A DNA stretch of 64,000 nt from Terriglobia bacterium (lineage in GTDB: Bacteria > Acidobacteriota > Terriglobia > Terriglobales > Acidobacteriaceae): the NCBI GenBank assembly GCA_963798155.1, contig CAWCSH010000005.1:382387-446386 (forward strand). Reading direction: 5' to 3'. Numbering within the stretch: the stretch's first letter is position 1; each line of letters starts with the position of its first letter. The translations under genes and the position numbers were made by a program. Of the stretch, positions 9,105 to 18,290 are shown one piece after another. The notes beneath the pieces are model-generated. The model was not told the origin of the DNA and did not search any database. It worked only from the letters and a program-made list of their open reading frames with translations.

Positions 9105-10496
9105 ATGAGCAGCAATATGCCCGCAGTGACCAAAATCGCGACCGCTGAATCGCAGCTTCGCTGCATCGGATGTGGTGCAACCACCGACGCCACCGGCCTC
9201 GGGCTGCGTTGCGACTCCTGCGGCGACCTTCTCGAAGTGGTCTTCCCGGGCTGGAATACCAGCGAGGGCAAGCGCGCCGCCGGTCTCGATGCTCCGGCGC
9301 TGAAAAGCTTGTGGCGCAACCGGCGCATGTTGCTTCAGCCGGAAGAGCAAAGCGGAGTGTGGCGCTATCGTGAGGTGCTGCCGGCGCTCGGGGATGATCA
9401 CGCCATCATTACGTTGCGCGAGGGAAATACTCCTCTCTATGAGCTGCATCTTGGGGCGCAGGTTGCGGGTGTCGAGAAGCTTTACGCCAAGCATCAGGGA
9501 ATGAACCCCACCGGATCGTTCAAAGACACCGGCATGACTACGGCAGCATCGTTCGCCCGCAAAGAGGGATTCCGCTGGGTGGCCTGCGCCTCTACGGGAA
9601 ACACTTCCGCCTCGATGGCAGCTTATGCCGCCCGCGGAGGCATGCTGAGCCTGGTGCTGATCCCTGACGGCAAAGTTTCATGGAGCAAACTGTCGCAGGC
9701 GCTCGACTATGGCGCGCTCACCTGCCAACTCCGTACCGATTTCGACGGCTGCATGCGGGTGTTGAATGATGTTGTGCGGCGGATGCCGATCTATCTTCTC
9801 AATTCAGTCAATCCCTACCGCCTCGAGGGGCAGAAAACCGCCGCCATAGAATTGCTGGAGCAATTCGATTGGGACGTTCCCGACCATGTGATTGTGCCCG
9901 GCGGCAATATGGGGAACTCGTCGGCGCTGGGTAAGGCCTTCGTGGAGATGAAAGAGCTGGGCTTGATTTCGACCCTGCCCAAGGTGTCGATTATTCAAGC
10001 CGAGGGCGCAAATCCCCTGTTTCGCACCATTCGCGAAGCTGGAGGCAAGAAGCTAATCGATGTGCAAGCCGACACCATGGCCACCGCCATCCGCATTGGA
10101 CATCCCGCCTCGTGGAAGAAGGCGGTGCGTATGCTCGATGCGACCGGCGGCGCCGTCGAGCAGGTGAGCGAAGTGGAGATCGCGCTGGCCAAAGCCGAGA
10201 TCGGCGCCGACGGTATCGGATGTGAACCGGCATCTGCGGTCACGCTTGCAGGCCTGAAGAAGTTGGTGAAACAAGGGTTTGTGAAGCGGCATGAGACTGT
10301 GGTGCTCATTCTTACTGGAAATCTGCTGAAGGATCCCGATTTCACCCTCAAGTTCCACCGCGGAGATCTGTTCACCGGAACGCGGTATGAGAAAGATGCT
10401 GAAGTTCTGAAGTCGCGCCAGCGTTCTCCCATCCTGCTCGATGCCAACGTGGATGCTGTCCTGAAAGCGCTGGACAATGCGGAAAAGAAGAACTGA
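9105..10496 (+). CDS. thrC: Threonine synthase with an N-terminal Cys4 zinc-ribbon
   Basis: CIGCG...CDSCGDLL zinc-ribbon. PLP region NPTGSFKDTGMT, and a TGNTSASMAAYAARGG segment. The ORF track starts at 9045; I chose the ATG at 9105. Confidence 0.9.
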   Translation: MSSNMPAVTKIATAESQLRCIGCGATTDATGLGLRCDSCGDLLEVVFPGWNTSEGKRAAGLDAPALKSLWRNRRMLLQPEEQSGVWRYREVLPALGDDHAIITLREGNTPLYELHLGAQVAGVEKLYAKHQGMNPTGSFKDTGMTTAASFARKEGFRWVACASTGNTSASMAAYAARGGMLSLVLIPDGKVSWSKLSQALDYGALTCQLRTDFDGCMRVLNDVVRRMPIYLLNSVNPYRLEGQKTAAIELLEQFDWDVPDHVIVPGGNMGNSSALGKAFVEMKELGLISTLPKVSIIQAEGANPLFRTIREAGGKKLIDVQADTMATAIRIGHPASWKKAVRMLDATGGAVEQVSEVEIALAKAEIGADGIGCEPASAVTLAGLKKLVKQGFVKRHETVVLILTGNLLKDPDFTLKFHRGDLFTGTRYEKDAEVLKSRQRSPILLDANVDAVLKALDNAEKKN

Positions 10497-10554
10497 GGGC
10501 CAGCGCCGGCGATGAACCAGCGCCGGCCATGAACACTCAGAATCAACGCCAGCA

Positions 10555-11490
10555 ATGAAGCAAACCCGAAAACCTTCGCGACCGCTGCAACTGATACTGC
10601 CTGCGACCTCCGCCAATCTTGGTCCGGCTTTTGACGCGGCTGCGCTGGCATTCAATCTATTCCTGAAGGTCAAGGCGCGGAAGGCGGAGCAGTTCTCAGT
10701 CGAAGCACGCGGGCGGGACTCGGAGATCTGCGGCAACCTGGAGAATCATCTCATTCTCGATACGTACCGCGACGTCCTCGAAGGCGAGGGCAAGCCGGTT
10801 TGGCCGCTGGCACTCACCGTCGAAAACCAGATTCCCATCGGCAAAGGCTGCGGGTCATCGGCAGCGGCGCGGCTTGCCGGCATCGCAATGGCGGTCCACT
10901 TCGGAAAGCTGCGCTGGTCCGACAGTCGAATCGTAGGCGAAGCATCGCGGCGCGAGCACCATCCCGACAACGCTTCCGCCTGCTGGTTCGGCAGCCTTAC
11001 GGTTGCCCGGATGTCGAGTGACACCGAGGCGCAGGTGTTACAGGTCGTTCCCCGGGGAAAGTGGCCGCTGCTGCTGGCAATTCCCGACGACCCGCTTTCG
11101 ACTGAGGAGGCGCGGCGGGTTCTGCCGCAGCAATATTCGCGCGCCGATGCTGTAATCAACATTCAGAATTCCATGTTGTTGCTGGGAGCTTTCGTGCAGG
11201 GACGCCCGGGGCTTCTGGCCTCGGCGCTCGAGGACCGCATTCATCAGCCTTATCGTGCCCCGCTCTGCCCGCTGCTTCCGGCATTGCAGGAACTGGCCGG
11301 AAGAAGCGGTGTTCTTGGAGCCGCGCTGAGCGGGGCGGGACCGTCGGTCCTGGTCTTTCTTGATCCTGCAGCGAGCGCCAGCCGGGTGCGGTCGGCAGTA
11401 GCTGCGCACTTGCGTGCACGTCACCTCGATGCTGAGCTGATTCAGACTGCGACGACTCCCAGAGGTGCTCGGCAGGGCAAATCGCTTTAG
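10555..11490 (+). CDS. thrB: Homoserine kinase (GHMP kinase)
   Basis: GHMP motif PIGKGCGSSAAA and the N-terminal LILPATSANLGPAFD. Sits immediately downstream of thrC. Confidence 0.85.
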   Translation: MKQTRKPSRPLQLILPATSANLGPAFDAAALAFNLFLKVKARKAEQFSVEARGRDSEICGNLENHLILDTYRDVLEGEGKPVWPLALTVENQIPIGKGCGSSAAARLAGIAMAVHFGKLRWSDSRIVGEASRREHHPDNASACWFGSLTVARMSSDTEAQVLQVVPRGKWPLLLAIPDDPLSTEEARRVLPQQYSRADAVINIQNSMLLLGAFVQGRPGLLASALEDRIHQPYRAPLCPLLPALQELAGRSGVLGAALSGAGPSVLVFLDPAASASRVRSAVAAHLRARHLDAELIQTATTPRGARQGKSL

Positions 11491-11523
11491 GAACTACCCC
11501 AGAAAACTCGCTGGCGGATCCCG

Positions 11524-11985
11524 CTATGAGCCGCCCTCTTGCGGAATCGGATGTCTTGGCTTGTGCAGAACAATGAAATGTTTGCCGTGGCAATGTCTTG
11601 CCGTGGAGTCGAACGCGGTGCCCTTCAGGTCGTCCTTGGAGGCGTGGAAGTAGAGGACCTCGTCCATATTCTCTGGCAGGCCAATAAATTTTGCGTGGCC
11701 GTCGGCATTGGTCTGGACTTCGAGATAGGTCTGGTGCAAACCGAGAAAGCCGGATGTGACCTCGACGTGAATTTTGGCTCCGTAAACCGGCTTGCCCTTT
11801 ACGTCAGTGACGGTCATTTCCACCGAGCAAGGTCCAGAGTCACCGTCCACGACGGCCACCGGCGGGGATTGCTTGTCATCGGATGGATTGCTTGCGCGCG
11901 CCAGAGGACTTGCGCCGATTAACAGTATCAGGCAGATAAGGTGGTGGCATGAACCGCTGCCCCATGGGCGATTCATCTTGTGCAT
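11524..11985 (-). CDS. Hypothetical small secreted protein
   Basis: Hydrophobic N-terminus, then a beta-rich segment (VEMTVTDVKGKPVYGAKIHVEVTSG). Convergent with thrB. No family recognised. Confidence 0.45.
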   Translation of the reverse strand: MHKMNRPWGSGSCHHLICLILLIGASPLARASNPSDDKQSPPVAVVDGDSGPCSVEMTVTDVKGKPVYGAKIHVEVTSGFLGLHQTYLEVQTNADGHAKFIGLPENMDEVLYFHASKDDLKGTAFDSTARHCHGKHFIVLHKPRHPIPQEGGS

Positions 11986-12457
11986 CTTCCCTCCTTAGTT
12001 ATCTTTAGTCGGCCCAACGCCGGCTCGGTTCAGCCACCGGAGAGTGGACCCGGCGCAACCCTATTTATTCGATGCCCCGGAGAGCTCTCCGCTGCCGTGC
12101 GGGTTGCAACAGCAGCCCCCATGACTTCAGCGTATCAAAGCCTCGCTTCCGGTTTCCATGTGTGGAATTCACGGACTAAGCGCTGAACCGCCCGGCGGAG
12201 GCGGATTTCGGCCGCATTGACTCCGCTGTCGGCGCGGGGTACCCTACATCCAATGGCAGTTGCTTGCGCTTCGGTAGCGAGCACCCCGGCTGGTTCCACC
12301 CTCAGAAAAACCAACATTTTTGTGTCCCGTGGGCTGGACTGTTTCCGACGTGTTGTCCGTGCCTTGGAGGGACAGCGACATGCCGATTTAATGCCTGTAG
12401 CATCTAATGCTTGGGAGGAATGACTTCGCGGGCAGGGCGTCCGCTTACGCCGACTGA

Positions 12458-13519
12458 ATGAAGAAGAGCATCGAGATTACCCCGAACATCGAGACCCTAT
12501 TCGGCACCCGGGACGAAAACCTGCACGTGCTGGAAGACGGGTTGAACATCAACATCGACCTGAAGTCCGATTCCATCGAACTGGAAGGGTCTGCCCGCGA
12601 TGTAGCCCGGGCAGAGCAGGTGTTTGCCGACTATCAGCAGCTGCAACGCTCCGGTTTCACGTTCAATAACGGTGACCTGAACAGCATGTTGCGGGTGTTG
12701 ATGGCAGATCCCAAGGCCAGCTTGCGGTCGCTGGCCGAGGCCGGCAAGCAGCGTTCCCTGGGCCGTCGCACCGTTCAACCGAAAAGCGGCAACCAGCGCC
12801 GTTATCTCGATGCCATTGAAAGCCACGATATGGTTTTCGGCATCGGCCCCGCCGGCACAGGGAAGACCTACCTGGCCGTGGCAATGGCGATCTCCGCGTT
12901 GCTGGCTAAGCGGGTCAACCGTATTATTCTCGCCCGTCCAGCGGTTGAGGCGGGAGAGCGGCTGGGTTTTCTGCCGGGAACTTTGCAGGAGAAAATCGAT
13001 CCATACCTCCGCCCGCTGTATGACGCGCTGTACGACATGCTCGATCCCGAGAAGGTGGACCGGTATCTGGAAAAGAACGTCATCGAAATCGCGCCCATTG
13101 CCTTCATGCGCGGACGGACGTTGAATGACTCATTTGTGATTCTTGACGAAGCTCAGAACACGACTTCCGAGCAGATGAAAATGTTCGTCACCCGGCTGGG
13201 ATTCAACTCCAAGGCGGTGATCACCGGCGACGTCACCCAGATTGACCTTCCCAACGCACGCCGTAGCGGCCTGATCGAGGCGGTCGATATCCTCAAAAAC
13301 GTTGAAGGCCTGGCCTTTATCTACTTCGATGAGGGAGACGTAGTGAGGCACCATCTGGTACAGCGCATTATCCGTGCCTATGACGAGCACAAGGCAAAAG
13401 TCGCGGAAGAGCAGATGTCTCTGCTGGATTCCAAGGGCGGGGTAAACGGGAAGTCGACCGCCGGGGCAAGTCCCGAGAAGGAGGCGCCGATCGCCGCAAT
13501 CCCGCAGGACAAAGAATAA
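12458..13519 (+). CDS. phoH: PhoH-family ATPase
   Basis: N-terminal KH-like region, a Walker A (GPAGTGKTYLAVAMA) and the PhoH core. Confidence 0.9.
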   Translation: MKKSIEITPNIETLFGTRDENLHVLEDGLNINIDLKSDSIELEGSARDVARAEQVFADYQQLQRSGFTFNNGDLNSMLRVLMADPKASLRSLAEAGKQRSLGRRTVQPKSGNQRRYLDAIESHDMVFGIGPAGTGKTYLAVAMAISALLAKRVNRIILARPAVEAGERLGFLPGTLQEKIDPYLRPLYDALYDMLDPEKVDRYLEKNVIEIAPIAFMRGRTLNDSFVILDEAQNTTSEQMKMFVTRLGFNSKAVITGDVTQIDLPNARRSGLIEAVDILKNVEGLAFIYFDEGDVVRHHLVQRIIRAYDEHKAKVAEEQMSLLDSKGGVNGKSTAGASPEKEAPIAAIPQDKE

Positions 13520-13537
13520 AACGAGTAGAATGAATGA

Positions 13538-13569
13538 AGAGGGTGCAATTCGGCCCTCTGTTTTCTTTT
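13538..13569 (+). terminator. Possible rho-independent terminator after phoH
   Basis: The stem AAGAGGG pairs with CCCTCT around a roughly 10-nt loop and is followed by GTTTTCTTTTG. Confidence 0.3.
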
Positions 13570-13655
13570 GTGCTGGTGGTGTGAACGCCTGGACCGTGCA
13601 AACTCCGGTGTGAGGCAGTCCAGGCTGCGAATAGGGTAGCTGAAACGGAAACAAA

Positions 13656-14135
13656 GTGGTCATCCTGCGAAAGGCGGTGGCTGGACTGAGCGAGAGTGCA
13701 CTCTCCCGCTTCGCCGCGCGAGCCTGCAGGATTCTGCGGTTGCAGGGGGCGGTCAACGTTCTGGTCACCAGCAGCCGCGAAATGAGGTTCCTGAACCGCC
13801 GTTTTCGCGGGAAAGACCGTCCCACCGACGTGTTGTCCTTTCCGCCCATGCCGGAACTGGCTGATCAGCTTGCCGGAGATCTGGCGATTTCCGCTGAAAT
13901 TGCCGGGTATAACGCGCGTCATCTTGGGCATTCTCCCGGCGAGGAAGTGAAGATTCTGGTACTGCACGGCTTGCTGCATCTGGCGGGCTACGATCATCAG
14001 GTTGACAATGGAAGCATGGCGAGAAAGGAAGAGAAGCTTCGTAACCAGCTTGGCCTGCCGGTGGGGCTGATTGAACGGAGCCAGGGGAGCGCAACCCGCT
14101 CCGGGCGTGGCCGCCGTTCCATGCGAAAACGATGA
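13656..14135 (+). CDS. ybeY: rRNA maturation endoribonuclease YbeY
   Basis: HGLLHLAGYDH zinc motif. GTG start. Overlaps the next gene by 4 bp (ATGA). Confidence 0.85.
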   Translation: MVILRKAVAGLSESALSRFAARACRILRLQGAVNVLVTSSREMRFLNRRFRGKDRPTDVLSFPPMPELADQLAGDLAISAEIAGYNARHLGHSPGEEVKILVLHGLLHLAGYDHQVDNGSMARKEEKLRNQLGLPVGLIERSQGSATRSGRGRRSMRKR

Positions 14136-15403
14136 ACTATGCGATTGCAGTCACGCTCGTGCTGCTGCTAGGGCTGCTGACCCTGGTCTCGTATGTGGAC
14201 CGCCTTTACGCGGAAATCGGGAAGTTTCTTTCACGCGAGTTTCAGAACAACATCGATGCGTTTGAGCAGGTAATCGAGCCCCGGCTGCGCGTCAGTCGTT
14301 CGCGGGCTGCGCTCTCCATGGCCATTCTTGCGCAACTGGTGATGGCGGCAATTGCCATGGTGGTGGGTTTCGCGGTTTTCCAGACTCATGCCTGGAGTAT
14401 TTACGAGATACTGCAGGCGACCTTGAGCCTGGTTTTGATCGTGATCGTGTTCAACCGCTTCCTTCCCTTCGTGTTTTTTTCGCGCACCCGGGGAATCTGG
14501 CTCTTGCGCTGCGTGCCGCTGCTGCGTGCCTTCATCTATCTCGTGCTGCCGGTGACCATCGTGCTTGGATTCCTGCAATCAGTCGCGGCGCTGACCCGAG
14601 AACATTCCGATGAGCAGCCGGAGAGCCAGGCGGAAGCGGTGGATGCGCTGCTGGAAGCGGGAAAAGAGGAAGGCATTCTGGATGAGAGCAATCGGGAACT
14701 GATCCAGTCGGTGGTGCAGTTCAGCGAGAAAACGGTGCGCGATGCCATGAAACCGCGTCCGGAAATCGTTGCGGTTCCTACCAACACCACCGTGGAACAA
14801 TTCGTGGAGATGTTGCGCAGCAAGCATTTCTCCCGTGTCCCGGTGTTTGAGGGGACGATCCATAACATTGTGGGAATTGTGTACGCGCAAGATGTGCTGC
14901 AGGTGGCGGACAGTGAAGCTGCCACCCGCACCGTCGATACCATCATGCGCACCGACGTGTACTTTGTCCCAGAAAGCAAGCTGGGTTCGGATCTGCTTCG
15001 CGAGATGCAGAGGGGAAATATCCGCATGGCGATTGTGGTCGATGAATATGGCGGCGTCGCGGGATTGGTAACCATCGAAGACCTGGTGGAAGAAATCGTG
15101 GGCGAGATCGGCGACGAGCGCGAAAAGGCGGAAGTCGTGCGCGAGAACGACCACACCTACCTGGTGCCGGGCAACATGGACATCGATCGCCTTGCGGAAT
15201 TGTTTGGAGTGCGTCCAGAGGGAAAAGAATCGGCTACGGTCGCCGGACTGGTTTCAGAATTGGCCGGGCGCATTCCCCGCAAGGGCGAGGTTGTCGAGGA
15301 GGACGGCCTGCGATTCGAGGTGCTGGAATCGACCGAGCGGCGAGTGGTGCGGGTGAGAATTTCAATGGAAGAAGAAAGGCCGGAGCAGCTGAAATTAATG
15401 TAG
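14132..15403 (+). CDS. corC: CNNM/HlyC-family membrane protein (DUF21 + CBS pair + CorC_HlyC)
   Basis: N-terminal transmembrane DUF21 region, then CBS domains, then a C-terminal CorC/HlyC transporter-associated domain. Confidence 0.85.
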   Translation: MNYAIAVTLVLLLGLLTLVSYVDRLYAEIGKFLSREFQNNIDAFEQVIEPRLRVSRSRAALSMAILAQLVMAAIAMVVGFAVFQTHAWSIYEILQATLSLVLIVIVFNRFLPFVFFSRTRGIWLLRCVPLLRAFIYLVLPVTIVLGFLQSVAALTREHSDEQPESQAEAVDALLEAGKEEGILDESNRELIQSVVQFSEKTVRDAMKPRPEIVAVPTNTTVEQFVEMLRSKHFSRVPVFEGTIHNIVGIVYAQDVLQVADSEAATRTVDTIMRTDVYFVPESKLGSDLLREMQRGNIRMAIVVDEYGGVAGLVTIEDLVEEIVGEIGDEREKAEVVRENDHTYLVPGNMDIDRLAELFGVRPEGKESATVAGLVSELAGRIPRKGEVVEEDGLRFEVLESTERRVVRVRISMEEERPEQLKLM

Positions 15404-15428
15404 CCTGCCGCATACCATCCCCACTCCA

Positions 15429-16367
15429 ATGCCTCTCCATTCTGGTTTCGTTTGTATCCTCGGGCGTCCGAACGCCGGCAAGTCCACGCTATTGAATGCG
15501 CTAGTCGGCGAAAAGCTCGCCATCATCAGTCCCAAGCCGCAGACTACCCGCAACCGGATTCTCGGCATTCTCCACGTTCCCAGGCGGAAGGGAAAGCCCG
15601 CCGCCCAGATCGTGCTCATCGACACCCCCGGCGTTCACAAGCCCGACAGTTCGCTCGGACGCAAAATGATGGTTGAGGTTCGCGAGGCGCTCGAAGGGTG
15701 CGACCTTCTGTTGCTGATCGTGGATGCCACGCGCCCGTTCAGCGCGGCCGACCAGTTTGTGCTGGAGATGGCACAGAAATCTGAGACACCGATTTTTCTG
15801 CTGCTCAACAAGATTGATTTGTTGCGCAGCAAAGATGCCCTGCTGCCGGTGATCGAGCAATATTCCAGGCTCCACGAGTTCCGGGAAGTGATTCCGCTAT
15901 CGGCGCGAAAACGCCAGGGGTTGGACGTTTTGTTGGACAAGTTGGTGGCGAACCTGCCGCAGGGGCCGAAGTACTTCTCCGAAGATCAGGTGACCGATCA
16001 GCCCATGCGGTTCATGGTGGCCGAGGCCATTCGCGAGCAGATTCTGCTGGCTACCGGGGAAGAGGTGCCCTATGCCACCACGGTGCTGATTGAGGAGTTC
16101 GAGGAAGGGGCAAAACTCACCCGCATTGCCGCCATTATCTACTGCGAGCGCTCCGGTCAAAAGGCAATCCTGGTGGGAAAGGGTGGGCAGATGCTGAAGA
16201 AAATCGGCACCGCGGCCCGGCTACAGATCGAAAAGATGGTGCATACCCGCGTCTATCTCGAGTTATTTGTGAAGGTAAGCCCGGGCTGGCGGGAATCGCG
16301 CGAATTTGTCGATGAACTGGACTGGCGCCGCCAATTGGAGCGGCTGGCGCCGCAGCCCAAGGAGTAG
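15429..16367 (+). CDS. era: GTPase Era
   Basis: G1 motif GRPNAGKSTLLN, DTPG, NKID and a C-terminal KH domain. Lies in the conserved phoH-ybeY-corC-era context. Confidence 0.9.
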   Translation: MPLHSGFVCILGRPNAGKSTLLNALVGEKLAIISPKPQTTRNRILGILHVPRRKGKPAAQIVLIDTPGVHKPDSSLGRKMMVEVREALEGCDLLLLIVDATRPFSAADQFVLEMAQKSETPIFLLLNKIDLLRSKDALLPVIEQYSRLHEFREVIPLSARKRQGLDVLLDKLVANLPQGPKYFSEDQVTDQPMRFMVAEAIREQILLATGEEVPYATTVLIEEFEEGAKLTRIAAIIYCERSGQKAILVGKGGQMLKKIGTAARLQIEKMVHTRVYLELFVKVSPGWRESREFVDELDWRRQLERLAPQPKE

Positions 16368-16463
16368 GTTTGCTGCTTCTCTCCGATCTTTGTAGAATGC
16401 AGCTTAGAAACTCACCCGCAGGACCGCAGCATTGGGGGCATCCACGAAATATAGGTCAAGTTT

Positions 16464-16910
16464 ATGCGTACCCCTGACGTGCCAAGTTGTGACTTCGAGG
16501 CTGACAAGTTGATCTTGAAGTTGAGTGTCACACTGAAGGCCGATACCACCGCGATCGATCCCGTGGTGCGGAGCATCATGGATATCGTCAAGCAGATGCA
16601 ATGCGCCAATGGCAAAGCCGATGCCATTGAGATCGCTTTGGCCGAAGCGCTCGCCAATGCCGTTGTCCATGGCGCTAAGGCGGACCCCACCCAGCTGATC
16701 GAGTGCGATGTGGCGTGTGACGAGGAACGTGGAATGCTGATCGTGGTGCGAGATCCGGGAGAAGGTTTTGACCCGGCCGCGATCCCCAGCCCCTGTCAGG
16801 GCGAGAACCTGTTTTCCAGCCATGGCCGCGGCATTTACCTGATCAATCAGCTTATGGACGAGGTGAAGTTTCTGAAGAACGGAACCGAAATCCACATGAT
16901 CAAGCGCTAG
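16464..16910 (+). CDS. RsbW-like anti-sigma regulatory factor (stand-alone HATPase_c serine kinase)
   Basis: 148 aa. ALAEALANAVVHG is an N-box-like element, and HGRGIYLINQLMDEV is G-box-like. No sensor or HisKA domain. Confidence 0.65.
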   Translation: MRTPDVPSCDFEADKLILKLSVTLKADTTAIDPVVRSIMDIVKQMQCANGKADAIEIALAEALANAVVHGAKADPTQLIECDVACDEERGMLIVVRDPGEGFDPAAIPSPCQGENLFSSHGRGIYLINQLMDEVKFLKNGTEIHMIKR

Positions 16911-16931
16911 GCGTAACCCTTCCCACCGGTT

Positions 16932-18290
16932 TCACTCTTTCGCAGCAATTCCCAGGGTCTTCATCTTGCGGTACAAATGGCTGCGTTCCAGGCCCAGCAC
17001 TTCAGCTGCCCGGCTCACATTGCCGTGGTTCTCGTCGAGCTTCTTCAGAATGTAATCGCGCTCGTAGGCAGCCCGGGCCTGATGCAGGGTGGAGAACTCG
17101 CCGCCACTGCCGCGGCGCCCACCATCGCGGTGGACGAGCGGAGGCAGGTGCTTCCGGTCGAAGCGGGTTGTGGTCGGATTCATGATGACGATGCGCTCGA
17201 TCACGTTGCGCAGCTCACGGACATTCCCTGGCCAGGAGTAGCGCATCAGGGTTTCGATCGCATCGTCTGTGATCTCTCGAGGACGGCGGCCGTAAGCCGC
17301 GGAAAACTCCTTGAGGAAGAAACGGGCAAGCAGCGGCACATCTTCCTTGCGCTCGCGCAGCGGCGGCACATAAAAGGGAATCACGTTCAAGCGATAGAAC
17401 AGGTCTTCGCGGAAGTTGCCGCGGGAAATTTCTTCTTCCAGATCTTTATTGGTCGAGGCGATCACCCGCGCATCCACCGTGACCGGCTGGTCGCCTCCCA
17501 CCGGAGTGAAGCGCTGCTCGTCGAGGGTTCGCAGGAATTTCGACTGCGTCTTCAGGCTCATATCGCCCACTTCGTCGAGAAACAGGGTGCCGCCATGCGC
17601 TCTCTGGAACTTGCCGTCCTTGTCGGTGGAAGCGCCCGGAAACGAGCCCTGGCGATGGCCGAACAGCTCACTCTCGATCAGATCCTCGGGAATCGCGGCG
17701 CAATTCAGCTCGACGAAGGTCTGGTCTTTGCGCAGGCTGTGAGCGTGAATGGCATGCGCCGCCAGTTCTTTGCCGGTGCCGGATTCGCCATAGATCAGCA
17801 CCCGTCCGTTAGTCGGAGCCATCAGCTGAATTTGCTGGCGCAGCGCCTTCATGGGAATGCTCTCGCCTACGATGACGCTGCGTGGCGTGAGCTGCTTCTT
17901 GAGATCGCGATTCTCCTGCCGCAGCCGTTTGGAATCGATCGCATTCTTAATGAGAATCAGCGTCTTCTCGATGGACAGCGGTTTTTCAAGGAAGTCGTAA
18001 GCGCCCAGCTTGGTAGCCCGCACCGCGGTCTCGATAGTGCCGTGCCCGGAAATCATAATGACTTCCGGGGCATCGTCGTGCTCGCGAATCTTGACCAGAG
18101 TATCGAGGCCGTCCATGCCCGGAAGCCAGACGTCCAGCAATATCGCGTCAAAGCTGTTTTGCCGCAGAGCTTCGAGGCAGGCTTCGCCGCTCTCGGCCGC
18201 GCTCGCGCTGAAGCCTTCGTCCTCCAGCACGTCTTTCAGCGACTGCCGAATCGACGGCTCATCGTCCACGATAAGAATATTATGAGGCAT
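16932..18290 (-). CDS. ntrX: Sigma-54-dependent response regulator (NtrC/NtrX family: REC + AAA+ + Fis HTH)
   Basis: REC domain ILIVDDEP...D, GESGTGKE, GAFTGA-like ESELFGH, and a C-terminal HTH. Overlaps the upstream kinase by 11 bp. Confidence 0.85.
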   Translation of the reverse strand: MPHNILIVDDEPSIRQSLKDVLEDEGFSASAAESGEACLEALRQNSFDAILLDVWLPGMDGLDTLVKIREHDDAPEVIMISGHGTIETAVRATKLGAYDFLEKPLSIEKTLILIKNAIDSKRLRQENRDLKKQLTPRSVIVGESIPMKALRQQIQLMAPTNGRVLIYGESGTGKELAAHAIHAHSLRKDQTFVELNCAAIPEDLIESELFGHRQGSFPGASTDKDGKFQRAHGGTLFLDEVGDMSLKTQSKFLRTLDEQRFTPVGGDQPVTVDARVIASTNKDLEEEISRGNFREDLFYRLNVIPFYVPPLRERKEDVPLLARFFLKEFSAAYGRRPREITDDAIETLMRYSWPGNVRELRNVIERIVIMNPTTTRFDRKHLPPLVHRDGGRRGSGGEFSTLHQARAAYERDYILKKLDENHGNVSRAAEVLGLERSHLYRKMKTLGIAAKE

